Of a stretch of DNA of 64,000 nt, positions 29,001-37,225 are shown in pieces. The DNA is taken from IMG/VR virus record IMGVR_UViG_2654587515_000001, positions 15,175 to 79,174 of that record. One strand, written 5' to 3'. Source of the DNA: a virus (lineage: Duplodnaviria > Caudoviricetes). A model generated the notes under the pieces. The model was not told where the DNA came from. It saw nothing but the letters and a program-made list of their open reading frames with translations, and ran no database searches. Within the stretch, counting starts at the first letter, position 1. Each line of letters opens with the position of its first letter. The position numbers and the translations under genes were made by a program.

Positions 29001-30081
29001 CCCGATCGGCAGCGTGTCTTACTACTGGTGGGGGCGCCGTAATGGCGAGCACATGAAAGCTGAGCTGGATGCTATGCCAGAAGGCTTGAAGCGCGTTTCT
29101 TTGACCGACGATGAAGTGAGAGTGAAGCAAATGTTGTCCATCACATACTCTTACAGCACATTGCCGAAATTGAAGAAAGATCAGTTTGTGAAATACCGTG
29201 ATGAGCTTCAGCTGCAGAGCTACGGTAACTTCCTGTTCCGTGTCGATGGGCAACTGGTACTGGCCAATGCGGATCAACATCCAAAAGAGCAACTGGTGTT
29301 TCCTGATACCACTGATAATGCCCTCAAGCGTGAAATTGCACTGCATTACCTGAAACTGCGCCGAGAAGATAAGTCTGTCTTTGCATGGCGCGAAGTGGTG
29401 AAGCCGTTCTTTGGCGATCACTACGAGCAGGAAATTGCAGAGTACGGTCACAAAGCCTCTCAGGCTGAAGTGCTGTCCATTTGCGATCAGGCATGGACCG
29501 ACTACCAGCCGACGCTGGCTGAAGGTATTCAACTCTCGGCATCGCTCAAGACACAGCCTGAAGCTATCGCTAAGCACCAAGCGTACCGATACGCCCGTCA
29601 GGATTTCCAAGAGCAGCTCGAAGACAGAGCGGCAGAGCTGGGTGATAACCGCATGGAGATCAACCGCTGGGTGCGCGAGTTCGTCGCAGGGTTGGAGAGC
29701 AAACTGCTCGATGACGCAGAAGCGGCCAAACGACAGGCGGCAGATGCTGAGCTGGAAGAGCTGAAGCAAAACCCAGCATTCAAAGCACTGCCTGAAGAGG
29801 TTAAAAAAGGCTTTAGCGATATCGGCATCACTGCCCGATATAACTATAAAGACGTATCTATCCCTCGCAATGGTCGCTACCGTGCGCGAACGCTGCCGGC
29901 TTTCCAACATTTCTTCCTGCAGGATAGAAATGGTAAGGCAGGCAAGCTATTTGCGGCAAAAGACATTCTCAAAAACCGCTTTGGTGCTAAGTTCTGCACT
30001 GCCGAAGGGGATTGGGATGGCAGCTGGTGGTACTTCCCTGCCAGTGTTGATGTGGCAGAGGTGTATGAGATTATCGCTTAA
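23032..30081 (+). CDS. darB: DarB antirestriction polyvalent protein: pyrophosphatase-like domain, N6-adenine MTase and SNF2 helicase
   Basis: 2349 aa. PPase-like FQGLPISIENKAG...DYGYI..TKGTDQEGID; MTase VLEPSAGAG and VIGNIPF; helicase FDVGLGKT, IIDEAH, LSATP, EVGVNLQ, QRNGRGVRQGN; upstream of portal as in P1. Confidence 0.9.
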   Translation: MYKFLITTPFKSEVSILINSDWDQKSPVEMEGSDDDQLMIKNFIRFHGMTPDGRIAQLPEMTPMSAHYSFTTKAATEQGFTIKFIQGEQKPYPHRDVVFDSAEDDEPSFTTKPQSFKLQDRYQFQGLPISIENKAGTKRAGVDPDGSEWSVAMHYDYGYIRSTKGTDQEGIDCYIGPNRKADHVYIVKQHAIEKVKQWPSKYCPQCKEHAQDCACPEFFDEDKVMLGFDNKEQAKAAYLKQYDSDLFLGPISTMRIEDFKEAIAAAAGDELDLPLQFVHDHAVLDSATDEQIQALQSAKDINELEVIFNQIFQAASHDGDREFGLKASGVKTRETINSKVKAIVDRIKAANWDTSSLTAEDYDLLVQYSGRGGLSENSQYEYYTPTYIAEGCWDLLGANGFDNGNVLEPSAGAGVFNATKHQGVKMTATEIDPISSAVNKILHPEDNVFNQSFEKMAVESPDNHFDSVIGNIPFGSARGASAHDDPDHKSEKLIERYFINRLIDKVKPSGLLVLVVPVNIVRERGKVWQKWRAKISKKAEFLGAHKLPSKTFGKQGTGVVTDIIVLRKHSKSAAEKIAQLPMEQLQSSNVLWDTFIEGKWWERDGKPFIHGKFVPKDASKVRDDDKVIRDASVTDAALKRKLAAKFHSRIDWEALDTAEPVIKNYVEGDRRMIDERMHEFTRGNWEPVDTLHGTTTAIDEKKYGVASLEALKGLLESNHGLMSLSVKQAFAAMKAWGHLFSKPQKQAIEFAMTQPSDEYREQIFRGSLIGADLARFQNDTNQGNWDATEQMRLQELVANEINKYGHPKQNKGLILAGESSRYFGVFSNAMDENGEYSTLLTGDVSTKGLSFDDTNPHAIVEHLYLREGMMHITLEDVQQLYKGKTPIRSLSDLADDKNLAVHPDGLLMPMSRFCSGDVYQKVLTLSHALNVETDPKLKAKYQQQLEEIEQRRHKTAPENIAFSMRHKWIDRKYVLEFMHEKGYSNLDYLVEKKQLAKDDDTDESYVENVRERDTSSPFGEFVGYDDTQGFNKQLNNWLNGGNVTSSKQEYIEEYKERVSRLDEEFRLWMQQHQDIDDLTELYNQKFNSYIPFEHSDADLGLEGVSAMVKPHGYQCSAVRRLSEDGSGILGFDVGLGKTFSALALAAYNKQMGRASKTLIVVPNSVLANWYHEAKMFHGNLDNALFVGFKPKLDKEGQIQREPVKDEQGNPKKNKHTGEIEYQDTLIKESAEEIFDKMHQIPQTSKSLVVMTFEKYKEIQMRPVSKHKYADKWVEKSLISDQMAASTVAGDDFSLGKGKDKISYKEAVRKEALQQRFLEDGGHKKGEYPYFEDMGFQSVIIDEAHAFKNSFKAGDKTGNIAYLPNPTESQRAIDMAMKMAYLRDQNEGRGPVLLSATPVTNSPLEIFNMLSLVLPVEEFEKFGVYTADDFVRVFGKVETVEKMTVKGEIVQKDGLVGFQNLDGLRNLFHRYTLMQNAEDVNLALPDAPESHESVDMTDAQESAYEALREEAKEASKPARQRSANARALFAVMRDMDKVTTDMDLFNQTMTFTFPVSKAKAVDQLIASLPASIEAERLEQTEDGEEVKRKVSIELDYQRHEEGESIVLVVPDVYEQAVLDGLNDAAIKLSDVGHPLTPKYAKLIANLQAELEVNGKQIVFTEEKTQHHKLKRIIVNQLGLDEKQIGIINGADAAGAKLQRIADSYNAGDIKIVICNKKAEVGVNLQKGTSAIHHLTLPWTPASIQQRNGRGVRQGNTASKVSLYYYLGKGSFDGYRLDLLNKKKSWMRDLFNGTESEAVNGNAIDNDDYLDMFEADPEAAKAKRMERLAQKQAERRRKSDLKCAVDLSQVIGLRSQLASWEADKAEDYNRLVERKDKAQASLSRLKEKGEDSGKAEQALARVNKMLQDHEAKWQDEKAKLESRLSQRLTFLKQKASAGELPFDSGIIENPETAIVARDGSVLTVGDYLETDFGAILRIEQVDQATRAVQYSVPIGSVSYYWWGRRNGEHMKAELDAMPEGLKRVSLTDDEVRVKQMLSITYSYSTLPKLKKDQFVKYRDELQLQSYGNFLFRVDGQLVLANADQHPKEQLVFPDTTDNALKREIALHYLKLRREDKSVFAWREVVKPFFGDHYEQEIAEYGHKASQAEVLSICDQAWTDYQPTLAEGIQLSASLKTQPEAIAKHQAYRYARQDFQEQLEDRAAELGDNRMEINRWVREFVAGLESKLLDDAEAAKRQAADAELEELKQNPAFKALPEEVKKGFSDIGITARYNYKDVSIPRNGRYRARTLPAFQHFFLQDRNGKAGKLFAAKDILKNRFGAKFCTAEGDWDGSWWYFPASVDVAEVYEIIA

Positions 30082-30110
30082 CACCTAACAGGTATCAGAC
30101 AAATACTTAT

Positions 30111-30150
30111 TTAACACTCTTAGGGTATCTGCTATATTGTAGATACCCTA
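30111..30150 (+). promoter_or_regulatory. Sigma70-like promoter with an inverted-repeat operator over the -10
   Basis: TTAACA-N16-TATATT; TAGGGTATCT-N10-AGATACCCTA at 30121-30150. Confidence 0.5.
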
Positions 30151-30168
30151 TGGCAAGGAACCATAATC

Positions 30169-30585
30169 ATGAAAATTAAAATCCCAACACAAGCAGAGCT
30201 GAAGCCGCTTTACGATGAGGCGGTAGAAGGCCAAACAGAAGCGCAGTGGATGGAAACCTTTCTCGCTGCCGTCGCAAAAATGCTGCGTAAAAATCCACTT
30301 TGGTACCGCGCCTACGGGATATACTGGTGGGGGCTAAAACAGATGCTTATCGAGCGTGATCTGATTTCGTCTGATTTTATTGATGCTGAATGGGCAGAAA
30401 AGGTCCAGTACGAACAGCCGGCCTATCACTTGCTTGCCGCATTTGCCTATCATGATGAGCGTCAGGATATCGGTGCTTTGGAAGATGATACGCACGTTAT
30501 TGAGCTTGAGGATGGCGCCATTGACAGCTATGTGCTGATTGACGAAGACTTTGAGCTTGTTGCGGTCGCTAACGCCATATCTTAA
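30169..30585 (+). CDS. Hypothetical protein (138 aa)
   Basis: RBS AAGGAA; has its own promoter and terminator between darB and portal. Confidence 0.75.
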   Translation: MKIKIPTQAELKPLYDEAVEGQTEAQWMETFLAAVAKMLRKNPLWYRAYGIYWWGLKQMLIERDLISSDFIDAEWAEKVQYEQPAYHLLAAFAYHDERQDIGALEDDTHVIELEDGAIDSYVLIDEDFELVAVANAIS

Positions 30586-30588
30586 TGC

Positions 30589-30621
30589 ATTAAAAGGGTA
30601 TCAATTCGATACCCTTTTAAT
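30589..30621. terminator. Bidirectional terminator-like hairpin
   Basis: ATTAAAAGGGTATC-AATTC-GATACCCTTTTAAT, 14-bp perfect inverted repeat. Confidence 0.65.
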
Positions 30622-30660
30622 ATTTCTCTAATACCTCCCTTAACACCATCAACAAATCTG

Positions 30661-30694
30661 TGTTGATGCACCCCTGATCGCCCCTCGTTACTCT
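30661..30694 (+). promoter_or_regulatory. Putative late promoter (portal-protease)
   Basis: TGTTGATGC-N19-TACTCT. Confidence 0.7.
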
Positions 30695-30723
30695 CTCGAT
30701 GTTAATTAACAGGCGAGAGAATC

Positions 30724-32385
30724 ATGGCTGAGAACAAAAAGAAAAGGAGTCTGCTCTCACGATTATTCCATGCAATGGTGGATGATGACCAAAACGGTCA
30801 TTTAGAGCTGGCGGAATCCGGTTTCGATTATGAAGACGCTGGGAAGGTTGACGAGCTTCTTGGAAAAGAAGGCGCGCACTCTGAGTCAGAGACCGAAAAG
30901 CTCATTGAACCATTTCCACGGAATCGTCGTGCAGGCTACTTGAGATTTGAAGAGATGGCCGTCGATCCAACCATCGACAGCGCTCTAAAAATGCACGTCG
31001 CCAACGCTCTATCTGCCAAAACGGATACGGGAGAGATACTGTTCATCGCTTCCACAAAGGATGGAGGCGACGACAAAATAGTCAAAGACCTGAGAAACAC
31101 TGTAGGTCGCTGGCTCAATGATAACGCTGAAGCGGTTGCCTTTCAGGCGGCCAAGTACGGGTTAAGTTACGTTCGCCCTTACACTGAGCCGCAAAAAGGG
31201 ATCACTCATATTCGGTTTGACCATTACACCCATCCAGCCCATATCCGCTGTTACGAGCGAGCGGGGCTTTTGTGTGGTTACACATCCAAGTACCAACGCA
31301 GTCTTGAGAAAAAAGGTATGGTTGAGCTAATGGAGCCGTGGAAATTCATTCCGTTCAAGATCCCGAAGTGGGACGGTCACGGCAGCACGCTGATTGAACC
31401 GGTGCGCCTTAACCCTTTGGCGTTTGATATCAATGACGATGATTACCTGAATGAAGAGCCGATCGAGACGCAAGACTACGGTTCGAGCCTACTACGTTCA
31501 GCTTATGATCCATGGGTAGATTTAAACGAAGCTATTCTCTCGCTTAACTCAGCGCGGAAAAATGCCGCCAAGCGGGACCGGTTTATCACTATTCAGACCG
31601 GTAAGAAAAACCCAACGCTGGCCGCTCAGTATTACAACACCATTCTGGGCGCTTTGAAGCGAAAATTAAACCTGTCTGCTAAGCGCTCAGCCAAGCGTGG
31701 ACATATATCAACGATCGACAACCATATTCTGCCTGTTACCGCTGACGGCTCTGGACAGGTCAACATTCAGACCGAGCAGTCCGACGTCAATATCAGCCAT
31801 ATTGAAGACGTGAACTTTCATGTGAATCGCTTGTGTAGTGCATTGGGCGTTGATAAGTCCCTTGTGGGCTTTACCGAAGACATGGCCGGCGGACTCGGGG
31901 AAGGTGGCTGGTGGACACAATCTATGGTTGCGGCCATTAAGGCCAATCTGATCCGCCGAGCGATTAAAGCAGGCGCGGAACGACTCTGTGAAATCCATGT
32001 GCTGATGAAGTGGGGCAAGGTCTACACAGAATCGGATAAACCATGGCGAATTGAGTTCAACAGCCTGAACAACGTGCTGGAACGCGAAGAAGCAACGGCG
32101 CGTGAGTCACGGATTAACTTTGCTATGTCGGTCGTCACCCTCATGCAAATGCTGGATCCGGAACTCAACAAGTTTAATTTCAAACAAACCTCAAACTGGT
32201 TGTTTACCGACGTATTGCGAGTGAACGAGGAAACCTTCAAACAGCTCATTGAGGCTGCAAAAGAAGGGGACAAGGATGAGGTCAACAAGGTTCTGGACTC
32301 GGTTTCTGATCCAGATAGCCACAATCAACTGAAAACGATGATTTACAGCTGCATTGCAGAGCTGATGGGAGAGGAAAATGTCTAA
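30724..32385 (+). CDS. Portal protein (P1 Prt-like)
   Basis: 553 aa; FEEMAVDPTIDSALKMHV..ALS and LCSALGVDKSLVGF..GGLGEGG motifs; darB-prt-pro synteny. Confidence 0.85.
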   Translation: MAENKKKRSLLSRLFHAMVDDDQNGHLELAESGFDYEDAGKVDELLGKEGAHSESETEKLIEPFPRNRRAGYLRFEEMAVDPTIDSALKMHVANALSAKTDTGEILFIASTKDGGDDKIVKDLRNTVGRWLNDNAEAVAFQAAKYGLSYVRPYTEPQKGITHIRFDHYTHPAHIRCYERAGLLCGYTSKYQRSLEKKGMVELMEPWKFIPFKIPKWDGHGSTLIEPVRLNPLAFDINDDDYLNEEPIETQDYGSSLLRSAYDPWVDLNEAILSLNSARKNAAKRDRFITIQTGKKNPTLAAQYYNTILGALKRKLNLSAKRSAKRGHISTIDNHILPVTADGSGQVNIQTEQSDVNISHIEDVNFHVNRLCSALGVDKSLVGFTEDMAGGLGEGGWWTQSMVAAIKANLIRRAIKAGAERLCEIHVLMKWGKVYTESDKPWRIEFNSLNNVLEREEATARESRINFAMSVVTLMQMLDPELNKFNFKQTSNWLFTDVLRVNEETFKQLIEAAKEGDKDEVNKVLDSVSDPDSHNQLKTMIYSCIAELMGEENV

Positions 32386-33409
32386 GAAAATCCTGCAAAG
32401 TATCACCTGTACCTTCAACATTTTTGATACAGGTCGAAAGTACACCGGCAAACAGCGCGGTTACATTCTGGATAACGTCAAATCGGTCCTGAACTCGCCA
32501 GAGGTACAAGAGCGATTGCGTTTGCGTGAGTTGGTCGGCTATGTGTCACATGGTTTGCGAGAAATGGCCGGCAAGCTCACGCTGGGGGAAACGTTACCGG
32601 TTCACCTTCCTAATGGGCAGATGACCGTGGTTAATGCTATCCCCGCCTGTGTCACCGTGTCGCTGTCATTGGATGACGACGGCAACCTGACTCACGTTCA
32701 AGAGGTGCTGGACAATGACGAGGGACGTAAGCTGCTTGGCCTGCATAACTCTCGTATTGGTGGCTTTTCGTGGGCATGTGGCGGCGGCAAGCTGGGTGGT
32801 AATACGCTTATCAATGGTTTTTATGGCTTCGATTACGTGCATAACCCATTATTTGCGGCCAACCGTGGCTATGTGCTGGATTCTGAGTCGTCAGAAGAGG
32901 AATTTGACCGTCAGGCCGTCCTCGACAACTTGAGCAGTGCCGGCGTGCCGGATGACGAGCGAGAAATGGTGCTTGATTCGTTCAATGCGGCCATTGCCTT
33001 TGAGTCGGCTCAGTACAAAGGGATGCTGCTTGATGCCCAGCAAGTGATTGCCGATCAGGACGAAAAAGCCCAAGAGCTGCAGCAGTTGTTAGACAGTGCT
33101 TCTCAAGAGACTGAATCTCTGAAGTCTGAAAAGACCAGTCGTGAGCAGTTTTTTAAGCAGCTCCAAGAGCGTAGTCATATTGCAATCAGCGATCAGGTTC
33201 TGGATGCGCTGATTAATGCGGACAGCGAAGAGAGTATGGAAACCGTTCTGCAGATGATCATGGATACTGCCAATATCAGTGCGCAGCACCTGCCAATTGC
33301 GCCACACAAGAAAACCTTTGTGAAGCAGCAGCCAGATTCAGCCGATCAGGCGGATAAGGACGATCCATTCAGTATCAACGCTTCGATGGACGCAGGCTAT
33401 TACGACTGA
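32378..33409 (+). CDS. Prohead protease / scaffold (P1 Pro-like)
   Basis: GYVSHG, HVQEVLD, GGFSWA, GFDYVHNP protease pattern followed by a helical acidic C-terminus. Confidence 0.8.
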   Translation: MSKKILQSITCTFNIFDTGRKYTGKQRGYILDNVKSVLNSPEVQERLRLRELVGYVSHGLREMAGKLTLGETLPVHLPNGQMTVVNAIPACVTVSLSLDDDGNLTHVQEVLDNDEGRKLLGLHNSRIGGFSWACGGGKLGGNTLINGFYGFDYVHNPLFAANRGYVLDSESSEEEFDRQAVLDNLSSAGVPDDEREMVLDSFNAAIAFESAQYKGMLLDAQQVIADQDEKAQELQQLLDSASQETESLKSEKTSREQFFKQLQERSHIAISDQVLDALINADSEESMETVLQMIMDTANISAQHLPIAPHKKTFVKQQPDSADQADKDDPFSINASMDAGYYD

Positions 33410-33500
33410 TGCCTTGCCAGACCGCCGCTGGCGAAGCCAGCGTGTGTTCTGAAAGGGTTTTAGGAACTTTGTTCCTATGTTAATAGTATGGTTTTATCCC

Positions 33501-33529
33501 AAAAAAAAGGAGCCAACCGGCTCCTTTTT
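33501..33529. terminator. Bidirectional terminator between convergent pro and par genes
   Basis: A8-GGAGCC-AACC-GGCTCC-T5. Confidence 0.8.
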
Positions 33530-33867
33530 CATGCGTCTTTTTTCTTTTGCTCTTTGAGTGTTTTTTCTATCAGCTTGCTCATGCCTTCAGCGATCAGCAC
33601 TTGGCAAAGGTGCTTACGGTTCGCGTACTGTGGGTCCAGTTCTGCCAACTTGGTGCCCCATTCGCGGTAATACTCGTTCAGGTTGATGTGAACCGGCTTC
33701 TCTGAAGCTTTTGTTTTGTCAGTCGCTTCTAAAACTTCATACCATTCCAGTTGAGCTTCTTCTTTTGACTGAGAGCCTATGTCACCGTTGATGAAAGCAT
33801 CGGCGTCTTTTTTGGCTTCTTGGTTTTTACGGATAGGTTCTCTAAATCGCTTTTCTTTGTCAGCCAT
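33529..33867 (-). CDS. Small centromere-binding partition protein (type Ib, ribbon-helix-helix-like)
   Basis: Directly downstream of and overlapping parA; beta-strand PVHINLN followed by two helices. ATG 33867 preferred to ORF-track 33891. Confidence 0.65.
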   Translation of the reverse strand: MADKEKRFREPIRKNQEAKKDADAFINGDIGSQSKEEAQLEWYEVLEATDKTKASEKPVHINLNEYYREWGTKLAELDPQYANRKHLCQVLIAEGMSKLIEKTLKEQKKKDA

Positions 33868-34519
33868 TTGCTTTCTCCAGTAATTCTTCAACTAAGGCGT
33901 TCATTTCTGCCTTCGCTTTTGCATCGCTCATTTCTCTTACGCCTCGGCCAATAGCGTAGGCATCGCTGTAAACGACTCGGTTGTATGCCACGGTTTCAAG
34001 CACACCCATTGAGCTGAATTCTCGCAGTGTGTTTTTGGTGAAAGTAATATCTTGCTCTCTCGCTGTATGGGTCGGGGCAATCGAGATCATGCAAAACGCT
34101 TTCAGTTTAGAGTTGAAGTCCATGGCAGTATCAATCAGATCTTGTACTTCCAGAATGCTATCCCTGTGGTCCTGAGTAGGACGGAAAGGGGCAAGTGCAA
34201 TGTCAGCTGCTAACAGGCCGCTGCGCATTTCTTGTGTACGTGTTGGGTCAATGTTTCCCTGCACATCCACAATCACATAATCGTATTTGGTATCCAGCTC
34301 CTGCAGGGTTTTAGTGATCTTCCCTTTTTTCTGGACACAGAAGATTGCAGGTTCAATACCTTCTTCTTCACGGTAGGCGCCAAAGTTGGCAGTTGTACCA
34401 CCTGGGTCTGCATCGACCAGACAGACTGAATGTTGACGGTGTGCGAGTTCTACGGCCAAGTTTTGAGAGCAAATAGACTTCATTGCTCCCCCTCTTTGCC
34501 CAAAAACCAAGATAATCAT
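33860..34519 (-). CDS. parA: ParA-family partition ATPase
   Basis: Deviant Walker A GQRGGAMKS, VCLVDADP, YDYVIVD, ADIALAPFRP, AIGRGVRE...AKAEMNALVEE; ATG 34519 has an AAGGAG RBS. Confidence 0.85.
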   Translation of the reverse strand: MIILVFGQRGGAMKSICSQNLAVELAHRQHSVCLVDADPGGTTANFGAYREEEGIEPAIFCVQKKGKITKTLQELDTKYDYVIVDVQGNIDPTRTQEMRSGLLAADIALAPFRPTQDHRDSILEVQDLIDTAMDFNSKLKAFCMISIAPTHTAREQDITFTKNTLREFSSMGVLETVAYNRVVYSDAYAIGRGVREMSDAKAKAEMNALVEELLEKANG

Positions 34520-34710
34520 GAGCATCTCCTTCTTTTGTGTGGGCTTATCATAGCACATCAAAACTAAATTGATACCCATGCGACACCACAAAAACACCTA
34601 GTAGGTATCTGGTAGATACTTGATTAGTGTTTTAATAAAAATAGGAAAAAGAAAAATTCGATTGATTAGGCGAAGCCGATCGTGTGGGGTTGGTGGGTAA
34701 CTGCGTGCAG

Positions 34711-34937
34711 TTATCCACAAATCCATGCGATAGATCCCAATAATAAGATCCCTTTTTAAGTACCAAATAGATCCCTTAAAAGATCCCTACCTCCTTAAAG
34801 CCTTGTGTGGCCTGCCTTTCAGGCTATGTCGGTGTACTCTAATTGGGTAGCGGTGTATTCTAATTGGGTGGTGGGTGTGTTCTAATTGGGTTTCAAGGTG
34901 TATTCTAATTGGGTTTTAGGGTGTATTCTAATTGGGA
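34711..34937. repeat. P1-type plasmid origin (oriR): DnaA box, AGATCCC repeats and five iterons
   Basis: TTATCCACA at 34711; four AGATCCC heptamers between about 34732 and 34787; GGTGTAYTCTAATTGGG-type iterons at 34831, 34852, 34874, 34897 and 34920. Confidence 0.9.
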
Positions 34938-34952
34938 TAATAAAAACGAAAT

Positions 34953-35837
34953 GTGGACGATTTTGTGAATAAAACTAACGATAACAATACCTTTTTCCCG
35001 CCTACGGAATTTATCGAGGCCGAAATGCCTAATTTGACGTGTAACACATCAACGAGTGTTCAACCGAATGTCCTGTTAAGGACAGGGGTGTTTACACCTG
35101 TAGGTCGACGGAATGCGACCAAATTCGTTGATATGGACCTTTCTGAAGATTTAAGGAGCCTTGAGCTTTGTCAGAAGGAGGGATACGACAGGGTAAGCGT
35201 TAGGGGTGATAAATTAAATGTAGAAACAGACTTTAAAGTTTGGTGTGGGATTGTTCTGGCTTTCAGTACTTACGGTGCAAAATCGAACAAAATAACCTTG
35301 AAATTTAGTGAGTTTGCTAAATTTTGTTCATACCCCAGTCGTAGGTTTGATAAGAATCTTAGACGTCAAATAGGCGAATCATTAGGTCGTATCCAGTCTC
35401 AAAACCTCTCCTTTTTACGAAAAGGGGCTGCTAAAGGGGTTCATACCGGACTGTTGTTAAAAGCTGAATATGATGAATTTGAGGACTCTGTTTCTTTGAT
35501 GGCTGATGAAAGCTTGTGGGATCTTTACAGGTTAGATTTCCAAGTCCTTGTTAGCATCAAGGTCTTAGATAAGCTGCCACGGGCAGAGGTGGCTCAATGC
35601 CTATACCTGTACTTTGTTGCGCTTCCTGAAAGGCCCGTTCCGGTTTCATTTGAAAGGCTAAGGGACCGACTGCAGTTAAATACGTCAGTAAAAGAAGCAA
35701 ACAGAAAAATAAAGAATGGGCTGCAAAAGCTTGAATCTATTGGGTTCCTGTCGGGAAATATCGTCAGGAAAGATGGCGAAAGCTACTACATCGTATCGAC
35801 AAGAAACAAAAAACTGACAGCTGAGAGTGTACCCTAA
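34953..35837 (+). CDS. repA: Plasmid replication initiator RepA (P1/RepFIB family)
   Basis: VQPNVLLRTGVF, EGYD.V...G.KLN.ETDFKVWCGI, GLLLKAEYD, LERIGFL-type C-terminus; flanked by iterons. Confidence 0.9.
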   Translation: MDDFVNKTNDNNTFFPPTEFIEAEMPNLTCNTSTSVQPNVLLRTGVFTPVGRRNATKFVDMDLSEDLRSLELCQKEGYDRVSVRGDKLNVETDFKVWCGIVLAFSTYGAKSNKITLKFSEFAKFCSYPSRRFDKNLRRQIGESLGRIQSQNLSFLRKGAAKGVHTGLLLKAEYDEFEDSVSLMADESLWDLYRLDFQVLVSIKVLDKLPRAEVAQCLYLYFVALPERPVPVSFERLRDRLQLNTSVKEANRKIKNGLQKLESIGFLSGNIVRKDGESYYIVSTRNKKLTAESVP

Positions 35838-36012
35838 TTGGGTAAAGGTGTACTCAAAGTGGGTAACGGTGCAGATAAGTGGGGCAGGGTGTACTCTAAT
35901 TGGGTTTTCTGATGGGTTGAGTAGGTGTATCTGTGCTCTTGGAAAGGGCAAGGCCCAATTAGAATACACCTAATGTAGTCAAATAGGGCAGCCTACCCAA
36001 TTAGAATACACT
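35826..36012. repeat. incA-like copy-control iterons downstream of repA
   Basis: Same iteron forward at 35826, 35847 (degenerate) and 35888, and inverted at 35953 and 35995. Confidence 0.85.
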
Positions 36013-36103
36013 TTCTTACGTGTTTTCTGAGTCCGAGGCGGGATTTGCCCGTTTTGACTACATCAAAATCGACTTATCTTGCCTCTTCCCCGTTTCAACT
36101 ACA

Positions 36104-36946
36104 TCAAAGGCCAACGGCTTTGGGATAGTAAGGCTGAAGTCCATCCATGTAGCGCCGGAACTGCTTCTTAGAAAAGCCTCTCAGGGCGATCATTTCAAAC
36201 GTTTTCCCACGACCGCTGCCTTTACAGCTAATTGAGCGCCTCACAGGCGTTTTGTAGACGGTAAACCCTTCTTCCCGATAGATATGGGTTAATTCAGGCA
36301 AAAGCGTGTTGGTGGCGATTACAGCGCCGTCATAGCCGCCAAGCATGTTGACTATACGTTCTTGTAAGTTCTCGTTTTTGTCTTTGGTGTAGGCATTGAA
36401 GGTTTTCTCATACGGTGGGTCGATCAGGACTAGCTGAGCGTCAGTGATGTCCACCTCTGAAAAACAGCCACAGTTGAATGTCCAGTTCTTAGCAACTCGC
36501 ATGAACTCTTTGGTGTCTGGCGGGGTCGCTATACCCTTGTATTCACCAAATGGCATGTTGAACTTACCAGCTCGCTTACTCTGGCGTACAAGGCCATTGA
36601 AAGAGTGTTTACACAGGTACCAGAAAAGACCGGCTTCTTTCTCACCCAGATCCTGACCTGATAGCAAAGCGTTATTTAGTTCTTCTCGGGCGGCATAGAA
36701 AAAATCGGCTTCCAGCAAAAACTCATCTGGGTTGATTTCGTATCCACTGGACAGTTGCTTATACAGGTTGATAAGGGCGGGGTTAGCGTCATTGAGTATG
36801 ACGTTATCGAACTCATAGTACAGTGAGAAGGCAGCCGATCCGGCGAACGGTTCTACGACTCGCTCTGGGCTTATGTCATTGACGATGCGCTCTGCGCGTT
36901 TGGCGAGCCATGTTTTACCGCCGGCCCATTTGATTAGTGGTTTCAT
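36104..36946 (-). CDS. dam: Dam-family DNA adenine methyltransferase
   Basis: MKPLIKWAGGK, VEPFAGS, ILNDAN, SFNGL..KFNMPFG and IDPPY motifs. Confidence 0.85.
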   Translation of the reverse strand: MKPLIKWAGGKTWLAKRAERIVNDISPERVVEPFAGSAAFSLYYEFDNVILNDANPALINLYKQLSSGYEINPDEFLLEADFFYAAREELNNALLSGQDLGEKEAGLFWYLCKHSFNGLVRQSKRAGKFNMPFGEYKGIATPPDTKEFMRVAKNWTFNCGCFSEVDITDAQLVLIDPPYEKTFNAYTKDKNENLQERIVNMLGGYDGAVIATNTLLPELTHIYREEGFTVYKTPVRRSISCKGSGRGKTFEMIALRGFSKKQFRRYMDGLQPYYPKAVGL

Positions 36947-36947
36947 G

Positions 36948-37208
36948 CTATCCCTTTTTGTTTCTATTCTTCCCAAATTGCGGGTGAAATATGATGGCCG
37001 TGGCTGCTTCTCGTGGGTTTAACTTGATAAATTCACGTTGAAGGCAAGCTACCTCCTGATTGATGTTGGCGCCATGATTGATAGAAATGGCGTGCAGCCC
37101 TGCCAAGAAATGAAGTTTGTACTGAGAGGAAAAGCGAAGTAACAGATCATGAAAGCCAAGCGTTTTGATGCGCTGCATTCTTCGGTAGCGTTGCTGGTGG
37201 TCCGACAT
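36948..37208 (-). CDS. Hypothetical protein
   Basis: In the leftward operon; ATG with GGAGG RBS. Confidence 0.6.
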   Translation of the reverse strand: MSDHQQRYRRMQRIKTLGFHDLLLRFSSQYKLHFLAGLHAISINHGANINQEVACLQREFIKLNPREAATAIIFHPQFGKNRNKKG

Positions 37209-37225
37209 TCTGCCTCCATTCACAG

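Noticed and set aside
23032-30081. DarB as a host restriction-modification or defence enzyme
   Set aside because: Late promoter, position before portal and the presence of hdf/darA identify it as the virion-packaged antirestriction protein; no restriction nuclease domain is evident.
33529-34519. Two-gene par locus as a toxin-antitoxin pair
   Set aside because: The upstream gene has ParA ATPase motifs and lies next to the origin.
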